From positions 558,001 to 622,000 of the forward strand of contig NW_019028982.1 in NCBI RefSeq assembly GCF_002105155.1: a stretch of 64,000 nucleotides of DNA, in the 5' to 3' direction. A program made the translations under genes and the position numbers. Every line of letters begins with the position of its first letter. Positions within the stretch are counted from its first letter, which is position 1. The notes under the pieces were generated by a model, which ran no database searches, was not told the origin of the DNA, and saw nothing but the letters and a program-made list of their open reading frames with translations. The DNA is from Lobosporangium transversale (lineage: Eukaryota). Shown one piece after another: positions 1 to 12,531 of the stretch.

Positions 1-1222
1 CTAATGAAAGAATAAATGGCCATCACAGGAAATCAATTCACTATGGATACTTTGCAAGCTACACTTGCCATCTGATCGAGAGCTGTTTTACTTACTTTTC
101 CAAATGATACTTTATCGATACAAGAGGTTGGTGTCGACGTTGGAGTATGAGCATTTGGAACGGTCTCCAGGGTTCAAATGATTGAAGGAATTAAGTTTTA
201 CCGATATTTTTTCTCCTCGTAATTGGAGATCGAATCATCGAAGCAAACCGGTTGTACTTGAATAAGATCAACTTGAGAAATATTTACTGATGGTGCTGTG
301 GATTGCAATGAGCTTAAAGAGCTTAAAGAGGGGATGGAAGCTCTATGACTATGGTTTAGGGGAACGACTTTCTTGTAAAAAAAAAAAAAGTAGAGTTAAG
401 TAAGCCAGGGATCTCAGGGGCAATCAAATATTATTGTTTCCAGAATAACGGATTGTCATTGGGCAGAGCACGGTGTGCGTACAACAGCCCTTCACATTGT
501 GGATGGCACCCCTTTTTTCTCTGGCATGGCACACAGACACAGGCACAGACAATTTCTTGTATTGACAAATGAGCAAAATGATGACGAGCAGATAAAAGAC
601 CGAGTGTTGTTCGTCATGCTTGTCATGCTGTGCTCATCAGTGCTCTTGTTTGTACTCACTCTTCCTCCCATCCTTTTCTTTAACCCTTTTCTAGTTTCTA
701 GCCCCTACATTCGTTGCATGTAGACACATGCTTGCGCACACATGCAACAGCTCATGTCCATTTGCCAGGAGTTGACATTGCACTTCCGCTGAAAAAGCAA
801 AAAAGGGGACAGTGGTTATTGTTTTTTGTCAACATGTCAATATGCACTTATCAGCTGAGACAACGTTGAAACGAGAGTGTGCATTGTCCAATTGTGTATG
901 TAGAGGATGCATAAAAAAAAAAAAAAAATTTACCCTGCTCTATATACCCTCTTTGTCCTTCACTCTCTTTACCCTTTTTACCTTCTCTCTTTCTTTTTTT
1001 GCACCTTGCTCGACCTTTCCTCTCCAATAACCTCAGTTGTGCCTGTTGTTTTCTTCCATGGTGTCGTTTTGCTTTTGAGATTATACCCAATACAACACTC
1101 AATTGAAAAAATTGCCAATATAATAATAATAATAAGAATAGTAATATCAATAATAACAATATTAAGCAGCAACTACACCATCTACCGTATTAACTTTTGT
1201 CGTACATTTCGACATACTTTCA

Positions 1223-3854
1223 ATGCCAGTCTACTCAAACCCTGACGGACTTGTGGCTGACTTTTTACGTCTCGTCAACTCACCTCTTGGTGCAGATGTG
1301 CGTTTTATTGTCGGTAAGTTTATAAAGGCGACAGAAGAAAGAAAAGACTTCCTTATTCTCAACAAAATATGGCGCCTGTCCCCCATCCTCTTCCTCCTCT
1401 TCCTCCACCTTCCTCCTCCTCCTCCTTTTCTTCTTATTCTTCTATCTTGTCCACTCAAACGCACACGCCTTCTCTTCCTTCTTCCTTCGCCTTCCCGTCT
1501 ACTGTTTTATTTCCTATTCTAATGGACTTGACTCTGTCTTCGCTTATGCAATGTTCTTTACTGCTCAAAAAAAAAAAAAAAAAAAAAAAAAATAGGGGAG
1601 GAAAAGGTGGTCATGCATGCCCACTCTTTGATCTTGCAGGCCAGAAGTAGTTACTTTGCACGCGCATTGAACAGTGACTGGAAGGAATCCAATCAAGGCG
1701 TGATCTACAAACCCAACATCCGCCCCGCCGTCTTTGAACGTGTTTTGCAATACATCTATGGTGCAAAAATCATAATCGATGATGGGAACGATGAGATGAT
1801 CATGGAGCTCATCAAGGCTGCTGATGAACTCTCTCTCGAAGATTTACTACATGGATGCGAAGAGCATGCGTCGTCTACTATCTGTCGGACCAACGTACTG
1901 GATATGGTCCATCTAGCCTCTCAACATAACTTGAAACAGCTCAAGCCAGAATGTCTGGACTTTATTGCCATGAACATTGACTATTTGAAGAGAGGAAAGC
2001 CTATTCTGACCTTGGATGCTGATGTGCTGAAAGATATTTTGTCAATGGATCAACTGGATTTAGACGAACTGGAGATCTGGAAGATTGCAGTTCGCTGGGC
2101 TTATTATCAACAAGGTTTACCAGACTGGGATCAATGTCCGCTCCTAGAGTTCCCCAAGGGCTCAGGATGTGTGATTGTTCAACCTATAGCCGACGATGGC
2201 TCCGTAGAGTACCAGGATGGCCTTGATGGGACTGGAGAAGAGGGCTATATTGACGATGAGGACGAGGATGACCTTGGGGATGCAAGGATCCCCATTCGTG
2301 GAACCAACATCCGAATTGAACAACAAACACAGAAACAAAACCATTCAGATCAAGATGAAGATGGGTTAACGCACCCTACAACATCTGTCTTTCAACTTGC
2401 CACGTCTCATAAAGTGGTCCAGATGCCAGTCTCGGTCCATGAGGGCCTTCGGCAACAGATTGCGCCAGTGTTACCCGCTATTCGGTTCATGAGAATTCAG
2501 AGCGTGGATTTCTTGAGGTTGATCGAAGGGACGGGCCTGGTTCCGGCACAGCTGTGCGCAAAGGTTTACAGGTACCATGCTGTACCATCGATGGCAGACC
2601 CTTATCAGACTTCATTGAGAAGAAGGATGGCATTTTCAACCATTCTAAGTAAAGAGAACAAGGAGGTGGTTATAGAATGGCTTCAAGCGGCCTTGCAAGG
2701 AACCCTAGCATCCACAGGACCCATAGCAGTTACAACAACGGCATCATCAACGTTAGTTTCAGCAGTGGGTACAGGTGCAGTTGCAGCTGTGACAGGGCCG
2801 ACGACAGCCAGTTCGTCAAGGAGGATTAGCACAGGAATGTACAATATTAGTCCATCATCACCAATATATTTCAACACTCTGTCCTCATCTCCATCGGCTG
2901 TCTACTATTCCACGACAACCCCTCCACTGGCGCCTTTGTCCTCCTTAATAAACGCTCGCTCGCCGCCATCCCCATTGCTCACTCGAGGATTTACATCCTC
3001 TTCCCCATCTTCATCCTCATCAGTGATGACTGGATCATCCTCAGCTCCTCTAAACCGAACGACCAGATCCGGAAGTAGCCCCTCTACATATCCTCAATCA
3101 CAACAGCATCAGCATCAAAAGCCAACATCAACATCACTCACTCCTCCACCCAAGCTCATTTTACAGTATAGGGCAACGCGCGATGGGTTTGACGCCGCCA
3201 ACTTCCATATGGCCTGTGACCAGCGAGGTCCGACCTTGACGGTGGTCCGGACTGAGAACGGGGCGATTTTTGGAGGATACAATAGCTGTTCGTGGTCTAG
3301 CCATCCGTCAGGAGTATACTCAACATCACGAAGCAATTTCTTGTTCACTCTAAAGAGCGGAGTTGCAAGCATGATGAGCTCTAATTCACCCATATCGGCA
3401 GCGACTGGACCAGGGTCAAGGCCAGGATCAATGTTAACTTCTTCTCTATCAACATCCTCGCCCTCATCAACGCTATTGGCTCCTTCAAGAGAGAATATGG
3501 TTTATTGTATCAAAGGCGATGGAATGGCAGCCGCCTATAGCAAAGCGGATTATGGACCCACATTTGGAGTAGGACATGATTTGTATCTGGCATCGGTAAG
3601 ATACGAAAATACCAGCACGAAAAAAAAAAAAAAAAAAAAAAAAAAGTTGTCCTTGTTCCTATGGCAGCACATGACTAATATTTCACGATCATTTGTGTTC
3701 CTTATAGAACTGCAATATGTCTTGCAATTCTTCTTCGACGCTGCCAGCGACATATCACGGAGCAGGAGCTTCTTCCTTGGCGTTAGCAGGATCGTCCTGC
3801 TTCCGTGTACAGGAATATGAAGTTTTCTTGGTGCAATCCTCACCCTCAGCATAA
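1223..3854 (+). CDS. BTB/POZ-BACK-TLDc domain protein (~745 aa, 3 exons: 1223-1313, 1596-3595, 3708-3854)
   Basis: BTB motifs 'ADVRFIVG..HAHSLILQARSSYF..F..VLQYIYG'; BACK-like 'LDELEIW..AVRWA' and 'IRF'; TLDc motifs 'LQYRATRDGF..FH..CD..GPTLTVV..IFGGY', 'YGPTFG.GHDL' and C-terminal 'FRVQEYEVF'. GT-AG introns 1314-1595 and 3596-3707 keep the frame. Confidence 0.9.
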
Positions 3855-4111
3855 TAGGAATAAGAAAGAAAAAAAAAAAAAAAAAAAAAAAAAAAGTAGT
3901 ACAGATATGTGCCATCATCATCCTGAAGAGTCATGGTATGGGGTCTCTTATCCTAAAAAGACATATCAATGCCAGATGGAATGAAATGCATGTGCTATAT
4001 ATTCTTAACATTCGAATAGCAATAATAGAATGTTTTTTTTTTTTTTTTTTTTTTTTTTTTTCTTTACTTTTTTCCTTTGTTTTCTAGTAACTGAATAAAG
4101 TAAACGAACAG

Positions 4112-4154
<43 letters not shown>

Positions 4155-4192
4155 AAAAAATGAAAAAAAGGTATCTCAAAGTCTAAGATTCT

Positions 4193-5665
4193 CTATGGTT
4201 CCATCACCCATACTGCATCCATTGAGAAAACATCCGGAGCCTCATACTCTGTTGCCATCCTGATCTCACCAATCAATCTACCCACATTACTAGAATAAGT
4301 CACGATGGTATGTCGACATTGTGTGGTGGAATAAAGGTCCTTCAAGAACATCTTTGCTTGATCCTCACGACTGACCTTTCCAGAGGTCACATCCTTTTCC
4401 CAACCCCGGTTTGTCCGTGGCATGATCTGATAATAGATCTTGAAGGTTGGATAGTTCTTTGTCGCCTCAATCACTTTCTGATCATCCGTCATCAAATAAA
4501 TATTGGAGACCCCGGTTCGCTCATGGATCTCGTAGGCCTTGGTCATGTATCTGTAAAACGGGATCAATCTGGATTCAGTGCCTTTGTCGCCATGTCGTAC
4601 ATGGATCGAGATACAATCTCGAGTCCTCAGCATGACTGTTGTTGCTCTATCATGCTCTTGTAGTCCTTCTCCTTGTTGTTGTTGTAGTCCTCGAATCCAT
4701 TCTCGAGTTTGAGCATTCGGTCGGATCACATAGTAGGTCAAAACAGATCTCCACCAGAAATGGCCTCGGTGGTTAAAAGTTGGGATGATGAGCTCTCGTT
4801 TATCCCCAAGGGGACCCACATCATCCGTCAACGATTTGAAATTCACGGTTGAATCGGTCCATTTTGAGAAATCGGTTTCGGGTGGAAGAGTCGTAAAGGC
4901 GGCCTCGAGATCTGAATAAGAACAGGTGGTGGTGGGTATAAATCCTTGAAAGGACGGTTTGGGTTGAAGGTGCTCATCCAATTGGATGAACAGAGTCATG
5001 TTATAATAAAGTGTCCATGCTAATCCCAAGCCTGCTGTATGCCAAACGGAACCGAAGCCGCTCCTGTTGATAATACCATAAAAGAAATTGGTACATCGAT
5101 GCTGTAGTCGATCCAGTTGAGCCTGTAATGACATCCGTTCCTTGTCCTCTTTGAATGTCTTCAAGATCTCGAATCCGTCTCCGCCAAAGGGATCAATGAC
5201 CCATTGGGATCTTGTCTGGACAAAACCATCTAGTTCTTGACCAAAGTTTTTACCGTCTCCTTGGACAATCATGATCCGTTTTACATGATCACTGACATCC
5301 TGCATAAGCTCTTTAGGAACCACAATCAGGTCATAATCACGCTCCTTGCAGTCACTGCCCAGACTGATAGTGGTTGTAGTTGTGGTACTGGTGGTAGTAG
5401 CATTGATCTTTCCACAGATGACTTCTATTTGTGTTTGATTCGCTTGACGGTGTATACAGATATCGTTGGTGTTTTTTTGAATTGGACAGAGAGGCCATTC
5501 GTTGATGACTCGGATATGATTACGATGTATTGGAAAAGTGATTAACTTTGTAATATGGGTGTGTAGTTGATATGTAACAAGGCCTATGATCAGGACGGTG
5601 ACCGTACAGGCGATTATCATCCCTCGCCTGAGAATGGTCAATTGGTGATCCATTGCTTCGGCCAT
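4193..5665 (-). CDS. Alpha-1,6-fucosyltransferase-like glycosyltransferase (GT23, FUT8/NodZ-like), type II membrane protein, single exon
   Basis: N-terminal hydrophobic anchor (IIACTVTVLIIGLV). Fucosyltransferase motifs I-III: 'ISIHVRHGDKGTE', 'IYLMTDD', 'VTYSSNVGRL'; also 'SGFGSVWH'. Confidence 0.8.
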   Translation of the reverse strand: MAEAMDHQLTILRRGMIIACTVTVLIIGLVTYQLHTHITKLITFPIHRNHIRVINEWPLCPIQKNTNDICIHRQANQTQIEVICGKINATTTSTTTTTTISLGSDCKERDYDLIVVPKELMQDVSDHVKRIMIVQGDGKNFGQELDGFVQTRSQWVIDPFGGDGFEILKTFKEDKERMSLQAQLDRLQHRCTNFFYGIINRSGFGSVWHTAGLGLAWTLYYNMTLFIQLDEHLQPKPSFQGFIPTTTCSYSDLEAAFTTLPPETDFSKWTDSTVNFKSLTDDVGPLGDKRELIIPTFNHRGHFWWRSVLTYYVIRPNAQTREWIRGLQQQQGEGLQEHDRATTVMLRTRDCISIHVRHGDKGTESRLIPFYRYMTKAYEIHERTGVSNIYLMTDDQKVIEATKNYPTFKIYYQIMPRTNRGWEKDVTSGKVSREDQAKMFLKDLYSTTQCRHTIVTYSSNVGRLIGEIRMATEYEAPDVFSMDAVWVMEP

Positions 5666-5777
5666 GTAGTTGCTTTCCTGGGGCTGATCTTGATAAGATA
5701 TCGCAATATTTTGTAAAAAAAAAAAATAATAATAATGATAATGATAATGATATTATAATATAATATAAAATACAAAA

Positions 5778-5839
<62 letters not shown>

Positions 5840-6372
5840 CGAGGATAGCTATATGGAGTTGACTGAGAGTGATGTATGGGTTATGTTCGAGTCCGGTTTA
5901 CTTTGAGTGGAAGAAAGAATTGAAAAATGAAAAGTGAAAGTGGAGAAAGAAAGGAAGAAAAGAAAGAATTTTTGTGAGACAGGGGAAGGGCGAGTAAAAA
6001 ACGGACGCATACATGTAAAAAAGTCTTAGGCTCACTCATCACCAGCCTGAGGACGAAGTTCGTGTGCACATGCACGTGCTGAAAGACAAATGTGGCTTGC
6101 TCTTGCAAACACTTTCGCTCTCCAAGTCGAACACACCGCGGAAAAGCTTTCATTCTCACAGCAGAAAATGGCTCTTTTTTCAGAGTCCTCTTTTTTTTTT
6201 TCTACACACCGCAGGGAAAGGCGTTTTTTTTTTTTTTTTTTTTTCTTTATTTCATGGATGAATGGTTATAAAAAAAATTGAGTAAATACATGGGATGCTT
6301 TTTTATAATATATGTATATATATATGTGTGTGTATGTGTGGTTTTTCTTTTTCTTCTTCTTCTTCTTTTCTT

Positions 6373-8308
6373 TTAGATCAACTTCTGGCTCAATCCCCAC
6401 TTCTTGAGACGGATCGATTGAATCTTGATGAAACCTTCAGAATCAACGGGAGCGAAGCCACCCTGGACATCCATGGATGATTCCTCCATATCATACAAGT
6501 TGTTGGTCTTTGAAGAACGTCCCTCAACCACCACATTGCCCTTGTACAACTTCAAGCGGACCTCTCCATTCACAGACTTTTGGGAGGCAGCAATGGCAGA
6601 CAACAGGAACTCGGCCTCGGGTGAGAAGTACTGTCCGTTGTAGAGGATGTTGGAGTATTGGGGGGTCACGAATTGATCACGCAAGTTGCGAACCTGACGA
6701 TCCAATGTCAAGCCCTCCAAGTCCATATGGGCCACACGCAAGATCGTGCCTGCTGGGGTCTCGTAACAGCCACGGGACTTGATGCCAATGAATCGGTTCT
6801 CCACAATGTCCAGACGTCCGATACCGTTCTGACGAGCCAATTGGTTCAAGTACAAGAAGATCTCCAAGCCTCCTGTTACCTCCTTGTTCTCCTTGGAGTT
6901 GTTGATCACCTTCACGGGCTTGCCCTGAGCAAACTCGATGGTGATACGCTCAGGGATGTTGGGTGCATCCTCGGGATCAACAGTGAGCTTCCACATATCC
7001 TTGGGAGGGGTCACATCAGGATCCTCCAAGATACCGGCCTCATATGAGATGTGGAACAAGTTCTCGTCCGTGGACCAGGGCTTGGCAGCTGTCTGCACAA
7101 CAGGGATAGACTTTTCGGCAGCATAAGCGAGCAAGTCCTTACGACCCTGGAAGCGTTCATAGAAAGCTTTGAAAAAGGTAAGAAAAAAAAAAAAAAAAAA
7201 AAAAAAAGATCAGTTTTTGGATCTGTGAAGAAACAGTCACTTTTGTTCCTCCTTCTGATTTGCTCCAAAGAGTCATTTTTCAAAAGAGCAAAAAGATCAT
7301 CTTGTTGCTTTTGCTTTTGCTTTTGCTTTTTGCTTTACCAGGAATACGCCATGGGGCGATGACCTTGATATCGGGCTTGAGAGCATAGTATGCCAATTCG
7401 AAACGAACCTGGTCATTACCCTTGCCAGTGCATCCATGAGAGACGTATTGACAGTTCTCACGAGCAGCAATCTCCATCTAATGAAAGGGAGGAGGGATAA
7501 AGAAAAAGTTTCAAAGATACCATGTGTGTCAGATCAGGGTTAGGATCAGGATCAGGCTCAAGTTCAGGTGTTTGTGAGAGATAATCTTCCTTTCTCACAT
7601 CCAAGAAACCGTTAGATCCTTTCTGTTCCAAGACATTTCGAGTCATCTTTGATATAATATTTTTTTTTTTTTTTTTTCTTTTTCTTTTTGGATCCCAATT
7701 CATCTGATTTGATTATTGATCTCTTCCCCCCCCCTTTTCCTCTAACAAAACCTCCCTTCAATTCCTTTTATCGCACATAATCCTTACCTGACGACGAGCA
7801 ATGACAGGACGGGCGAGCGAAGTTCCGAGAAGATAGACTCCTTCGTAGATAGTGTTGGCTTGAACAGCTGGGTAGATCAACTCCTCGACGAACTCGCGTT
7901 GCAGATCCTGATTATCGTTATTTTATTTTTATTTTATATAGATATAAATTGTATTCATGTTGATTGATTGATTGATTGATTGATTGATCCAAAGTGAATT
8001 TCATGTTAGTTCAACATTGTTGATCCAACAATAATAATAATAAAAAAAAAGGAATTACAAAAAAAAAATATATATATATATATAATTACCTCAACGAAAA
8101 CCTTGGTGGCTCCACAACCTTTAGCCTTGACGACAGCAGCATCGAAATCCTCTTCCTGTCCGACGTTAGCCATGTAGCACATGACCTCGTATCCCTGTTC
8201 GATCAACCATGCAAGGATGCAGGAAGTATCGAGTCCACCAGAGTAGGCCAGGAGCACACGACCCTTTGAACCAGCAGCAGCAGCAGTAGTAGTAGTAGTA
8301 GAAGACAT
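6373..8308 (-). CDS. ARG1: Argininosuccinate synthase (~423 aa; exons 8308-8090, 7907-7788, 7477-7339, 7166-6373)
   Basis: '[10 protein letters not shown]', '[10 protein letters not shown]', '[15 protein letters not shown]', '[15 protein letters not shown]', '[16 protein letters not shown]'. The spliced exons give an intact frame. Confidence 0.97.
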
Positions 8309-8961
8309 GGTTTGTTAAAAGTGAAAGATGTGAGGATAGATGGGTGAGAAGGTGGCGTATAGTACAGAAATAACGTGTCAAGGATGTGACCGGTGTTGTT
8401 GTGGGGGCGAGAGAAATGTACAAAGTGAGTTAGTGAAGAAGGAAAGGAAAGGAAAGGAAAGAAAGAAACGAAAAGAAGAGAAAAAAGAATTTCTAATTTA
8501 TAACAAAAAAGAAAAAAAAAAAAAAAAAGATAAGGCTAGAGGTTTGAGGTGAAGATAACTAGATGGAGAGACTCTTGTTCCCCCACCCATTGATGATAAT
8601 TTTCCCATCTGCTACTTTTTTCAAATGTCCTTTGCCCTTTAGTGTCTAGCCCAGTGATTTTGACTTGCTTTTTGTCCAATGATTAAGCTCAATGATAATT
8701 TAACCTTCAAAGACTCATCAACAGTCAACCCAACCCAAGCCATTCATTTTCTCAGCCGGAATATTTTCGGTTGAGCAAAAAAAAACGTGGGAGAGTTTGC
8801 TCCTAGTCATAGAATACCTTATTCTGATATTTCTAACCTTTCTAGTCTCCCTTCTGGCCTTCTACGCCAAGTGAGATGAATACTGCCTATATATCGTCAT
8901 CAAGAGATCTAAAGCTTGCTTTTTACCTCTTTTGACAACTTCGTTGTTGGTTCTAATGAGG

Positions 8962-8993
<32 letters not shown>

Positions 8994-9271
8994 GTGATCG
9001 ATACTCATAAACATAGTTATTGGTGGGACGCCACAGTTGCCACTGATTTAGATCAAGCAGATCAGGAAGGGGAAGAGGAACAACTTCATATATATATATA
9101 TAAAAAAAAAAAGGTTTATCTTTCTTTTTATTTTAACATTTTAACAATATAAATAAGTGTGTCTTTCTATTAAAAATAAGGAGCGAGGTTTTTTTTTTTT
9201 TTTTTTTTTTTTCCCTTTTGTTCTTCGACCAAATGTTGAATACATTGATAATGAATATCGATATTAAGCTA

Positions 9272-10937
9272 TTAAGCAGGATGATATTGAACATAGGTTT
9301 TGCCTGCATATGTATGATAAAAGGGAATCCACACTTGCTGCTTTCGCGGTGGCTGTGGCTGTTGTTGATGTTGTAGCTGCTGTTGATGTAATTGTTGCTG
9401 TTGTTGTTGTTGTTGTTGTTGTAACTGCTGCTGCTGCTGCTGCTGCTGCTGATACTGTTGTGTCGTCTGTGTAATTGGTGGTGACTGGTAGGGTTGCTGG
9501 TTTGCCACAACTGCCCCTATAGCTGCCGCCGACACTGGCGACAATGGGTACGATGATGATGTTGAAGAATTAGTCTGGGAAGGAGGCTGGGGTCGGACCA
9601 AAGGCGATGGCGGCGGCTTTGGAGCCGTGATCGGCGGAGCATTATTACTCACACCTATTCCGAATCCGTTTGTTGTGCTCATTGACGTCGCCGCTGTTGG
9701 GGGAGAAGAAGCTGGAGTTGGGGTTGAAGGAAGAGGTGGAGGAGGAGAAGTGAATCCCATCTGACTGAATTGATGTGATAAATCATGCTGCTGGCTTGAT
9801 GCGGAAGCAGAAGCAGAAGCAGAAGCCGCTACAGCCGCTGCAGCTGCCGCATATGGATTAACACCATGTGTTGTCGTAGTAGAAGTTGGGGTAGATGGAT
9901 CTATTGCGGTTGTGGTAGATGATGTTCTGGGCGGGGGTGGCGGATGATACGAAAACTGTGAGTGATCCGTATCTGGTTCTTTCACTGCATGAGGCCCATG
10001 TGGTTGAGGAGGCAGTGGCACAAACGAATGCGCCTCACTTGCCGCATTGGCAGTGCCCGAACCTGGGCTTGTATAGCCATTGTTAAAGGAGTCATTGAAA
10101 GAGTCTCTCTGTTGAGGATTCTTGGAATGGACCTTGCCACCGACAGACGCTGCTGGGGTAGAGGGCGTTGAAGGGACTTTGATATCATCCAGATTAACTT
10201 TGATTGTCTCATCAAAGTTAACATTCACCTTGATTGTATCATCTACTCGAAGTCCTCCTGGATGTGCAAACGTTGATCCTGAAGGTTGTCCATTGCCCAC
10301 TTTGGGCGAATCGACCCCCGGCATAGGCGACGATGCATATTGTTGAAAACTCATTACAGGGGTCTTTGGATGAGATGATGCCCCAGTTGGAGTAAAGGGC
10401 TGGGCGGCTGAGGATACGGGTGATGGCACAGGCATGGGAATATGGGTCAGACCTGGTGAAGGCGCTCCTGCTGCAGACGAAGTCTGTGCATAGCCCTGGG
10501 CGGGTGAAGGAGGCATTGGATAAGCTGGTCCTGCGGTAGGTGAAGGCATGGGCGGGACTGCCGGGGTTGGATATCCTTGAGACGATGTGACCATAGGGTA
10601 ATGATGGGATGTCTTTGGTGTAGGGTATCCTTGACTGTATGGATGGGGAATCGGAGCAGAGACCATTCCAGAAGTACTTCCAGGGGTCGATGCCATGGGC
10701 GCAGGATATCCTATTGGTTGAGTATGATGGGGTGTCTGGGGTATAGAAAAGGGCGATGGCTGCGCATAGGCAGACGTTGGTGTCTGCAATGGTGCAGGGT
10801 ATGGCTGTTGTGCTGATGGCGACTGCTGATGTGGAGCTACAGGTTGCATTGATGGATACTGTTGTTGATGCTGCTGTTGCTGATGGTGCACAGGTGGTTG
10901 AGCAGGCGGATATTGAAGATGCTGCGGGACAGGAGGC

Positions 10938-10968
<31 letters not shown>

Positions 10969-12531
10969 GATAATGGGCCTGTTGTTGTTGTTGATAATGG
11001 GCCTGTTGTTGTTGTTGATAATGGGGCTGTTGTTGCTGTTGCTGTTGGTAATGAGGGTGTGCCTGTTGTTGTGGATGCGTATATGGTTGATTCATATGCA
11101 CCCCTGCCGCTCCTGCTCCTGCTCCTGCTCCTGCTGCTATTGGTCCTGCTATTGGTCCTGTTATTGTTCCTGTTATTGCAGCTGGAGTATTTTGGGCCGG
11201 TAATGCAACGGGTGGGGATTGTACAGCCCCTGTAGAGCCCTGTCCTGGGGGGAATGGTCCAGGAATATAGATGTCGAAATCTGCGACCAACTTCTTGGAT
11301 GAACCATTGACATCGATTGTGAACAAGATCTTTAGTTTGTGAGTACATTTGATAATATCAGTGTCGATGGTGGTCATGATGTTATGGGCAGGTAAGGTGA
11401 TGGAGACCACACGTTCCAAAGATGCAGCCTGTGTGGGCCATGTTCCTTTGCCTTGTTTGTTCTCCACCAAGGTACGTTTTTCTTCTTTGACGCCCTTTCC
11501 TGGAGAGATGAACCAGAAGTATTCCTTGACCTTCATGTTCATCTCCTTGACATACCACCTCGCGCCCATTCCCGGTAAAGGATTCATCCGGACCGTCACA
11601 GGGACTGTTGATCCATGATGAAATGCTTTGCTGGGGATTTGGACCACATAGTCTAGAGCGTTCTCGAAATTGGCAGTATGTTGATTAGGGTAGATACAAT
11701 GTGGGTGAGTCGGGGGCAATGATTGGTAGATCTCTATAATTTGATCTGCATACAGATCCAGTTGAAATGTTGACCGTTTCCCGTTGGCCGAGAACCTGTA
11801 CTCGATCTTGCCGGTGCTCATTGTTAATGAATTGGGCAGATTGACTGGTAAGGCCAATTGAAAATCGTACACGTAATTTTGGTTTCCCTTTAGGACATGT
11901 CCCTTTGAATCCGTTTTCTCCAGAAATACCCAAGTCTTTTCTTCCAGCAATGGCCTCTTTGCTGAATAATATGTAGTATGTGAGCCATGCTCTATGAAAA
12001 GGAAAAGGGAAAAAAAGGGAAAAAATGTTTAAAAAAAGACTTTTTTTTTTTTTTTTTTTTTTTCATTTCTACAATTCTTATCATCAATTGGGTTATTTGT
12101 TTTTTTATAAAAAAAAAAAAAAAAAAAAATTACTTTCAGACCAACTGCAGGATATTTTGGCGGTAAAGGTAAGGGTGAGGGCCTTGAGAGTCAGGTCATC
12201 TTTATGGTTCACAATGAGTTTTCCTTTAATGAGAGGACCCTGAGTACCAGTCCATGGGAACATGAGTCGCTTTTCTCCTTTGGGATCATTCGTCTGTCCT
12301 GTTTATTTTATGGTTGTTGTGTAAAAAGAATGTTTGTGTGTGTGTGTGTGTATGTAAATGTATGCATGATGGATGGACTCGAGTGAATGTTAGTTAATGT
12401 TTCCCAGGTACAAACCTCCCCAATGGTGGCAAAAATAAAAAATAAAAATAAAAATAAAAATAAAAATAAAAATAAAATAAGCACTTGCCAATGAAAGCAC
12501 CTTCGAGGTGAATCTGCATAGACTTTGTCAT
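9272..12531 (-). CDS. Alpha-arrestin-like protein with long Q/P-rich C-terminal tail (exons 12531-12489 or -12501, 12298-12134, 11991-9272)
   Basis: Arrestin_N-like 'IKGKLIV..LTLTFTAK..W' and 'LKGNQNYVYDFQLALPVNLPNS...GKIEYRF'; Arrestin_C-like 'IPSKAF..G..VPVTV' and 'IKCTHKLKI'; followed by polyQ and Pro-rich low complexity. Confidence 0.8.

Noticed and set aside
1..380. Possible C-terminal remnant of an F-box/LRR gene ('TLEYEHLERSPGFK*LKELSF')
   Set aside because: Weak resemblance, with stops and truncation at the window edge; not supportable.
8705..8722. Gcn4/CPC1 site upstream of ARG1
   Set aside because: AGACTCA is an imperfect match to TGACTCA; insufficient alone.
10239..11348. 369-aa alternate-frame ORF and antisense poly-Leu/Val ORFs over the arrestin
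   Set aside because: By-products of CAA/CAG repeats in the real reading frame.
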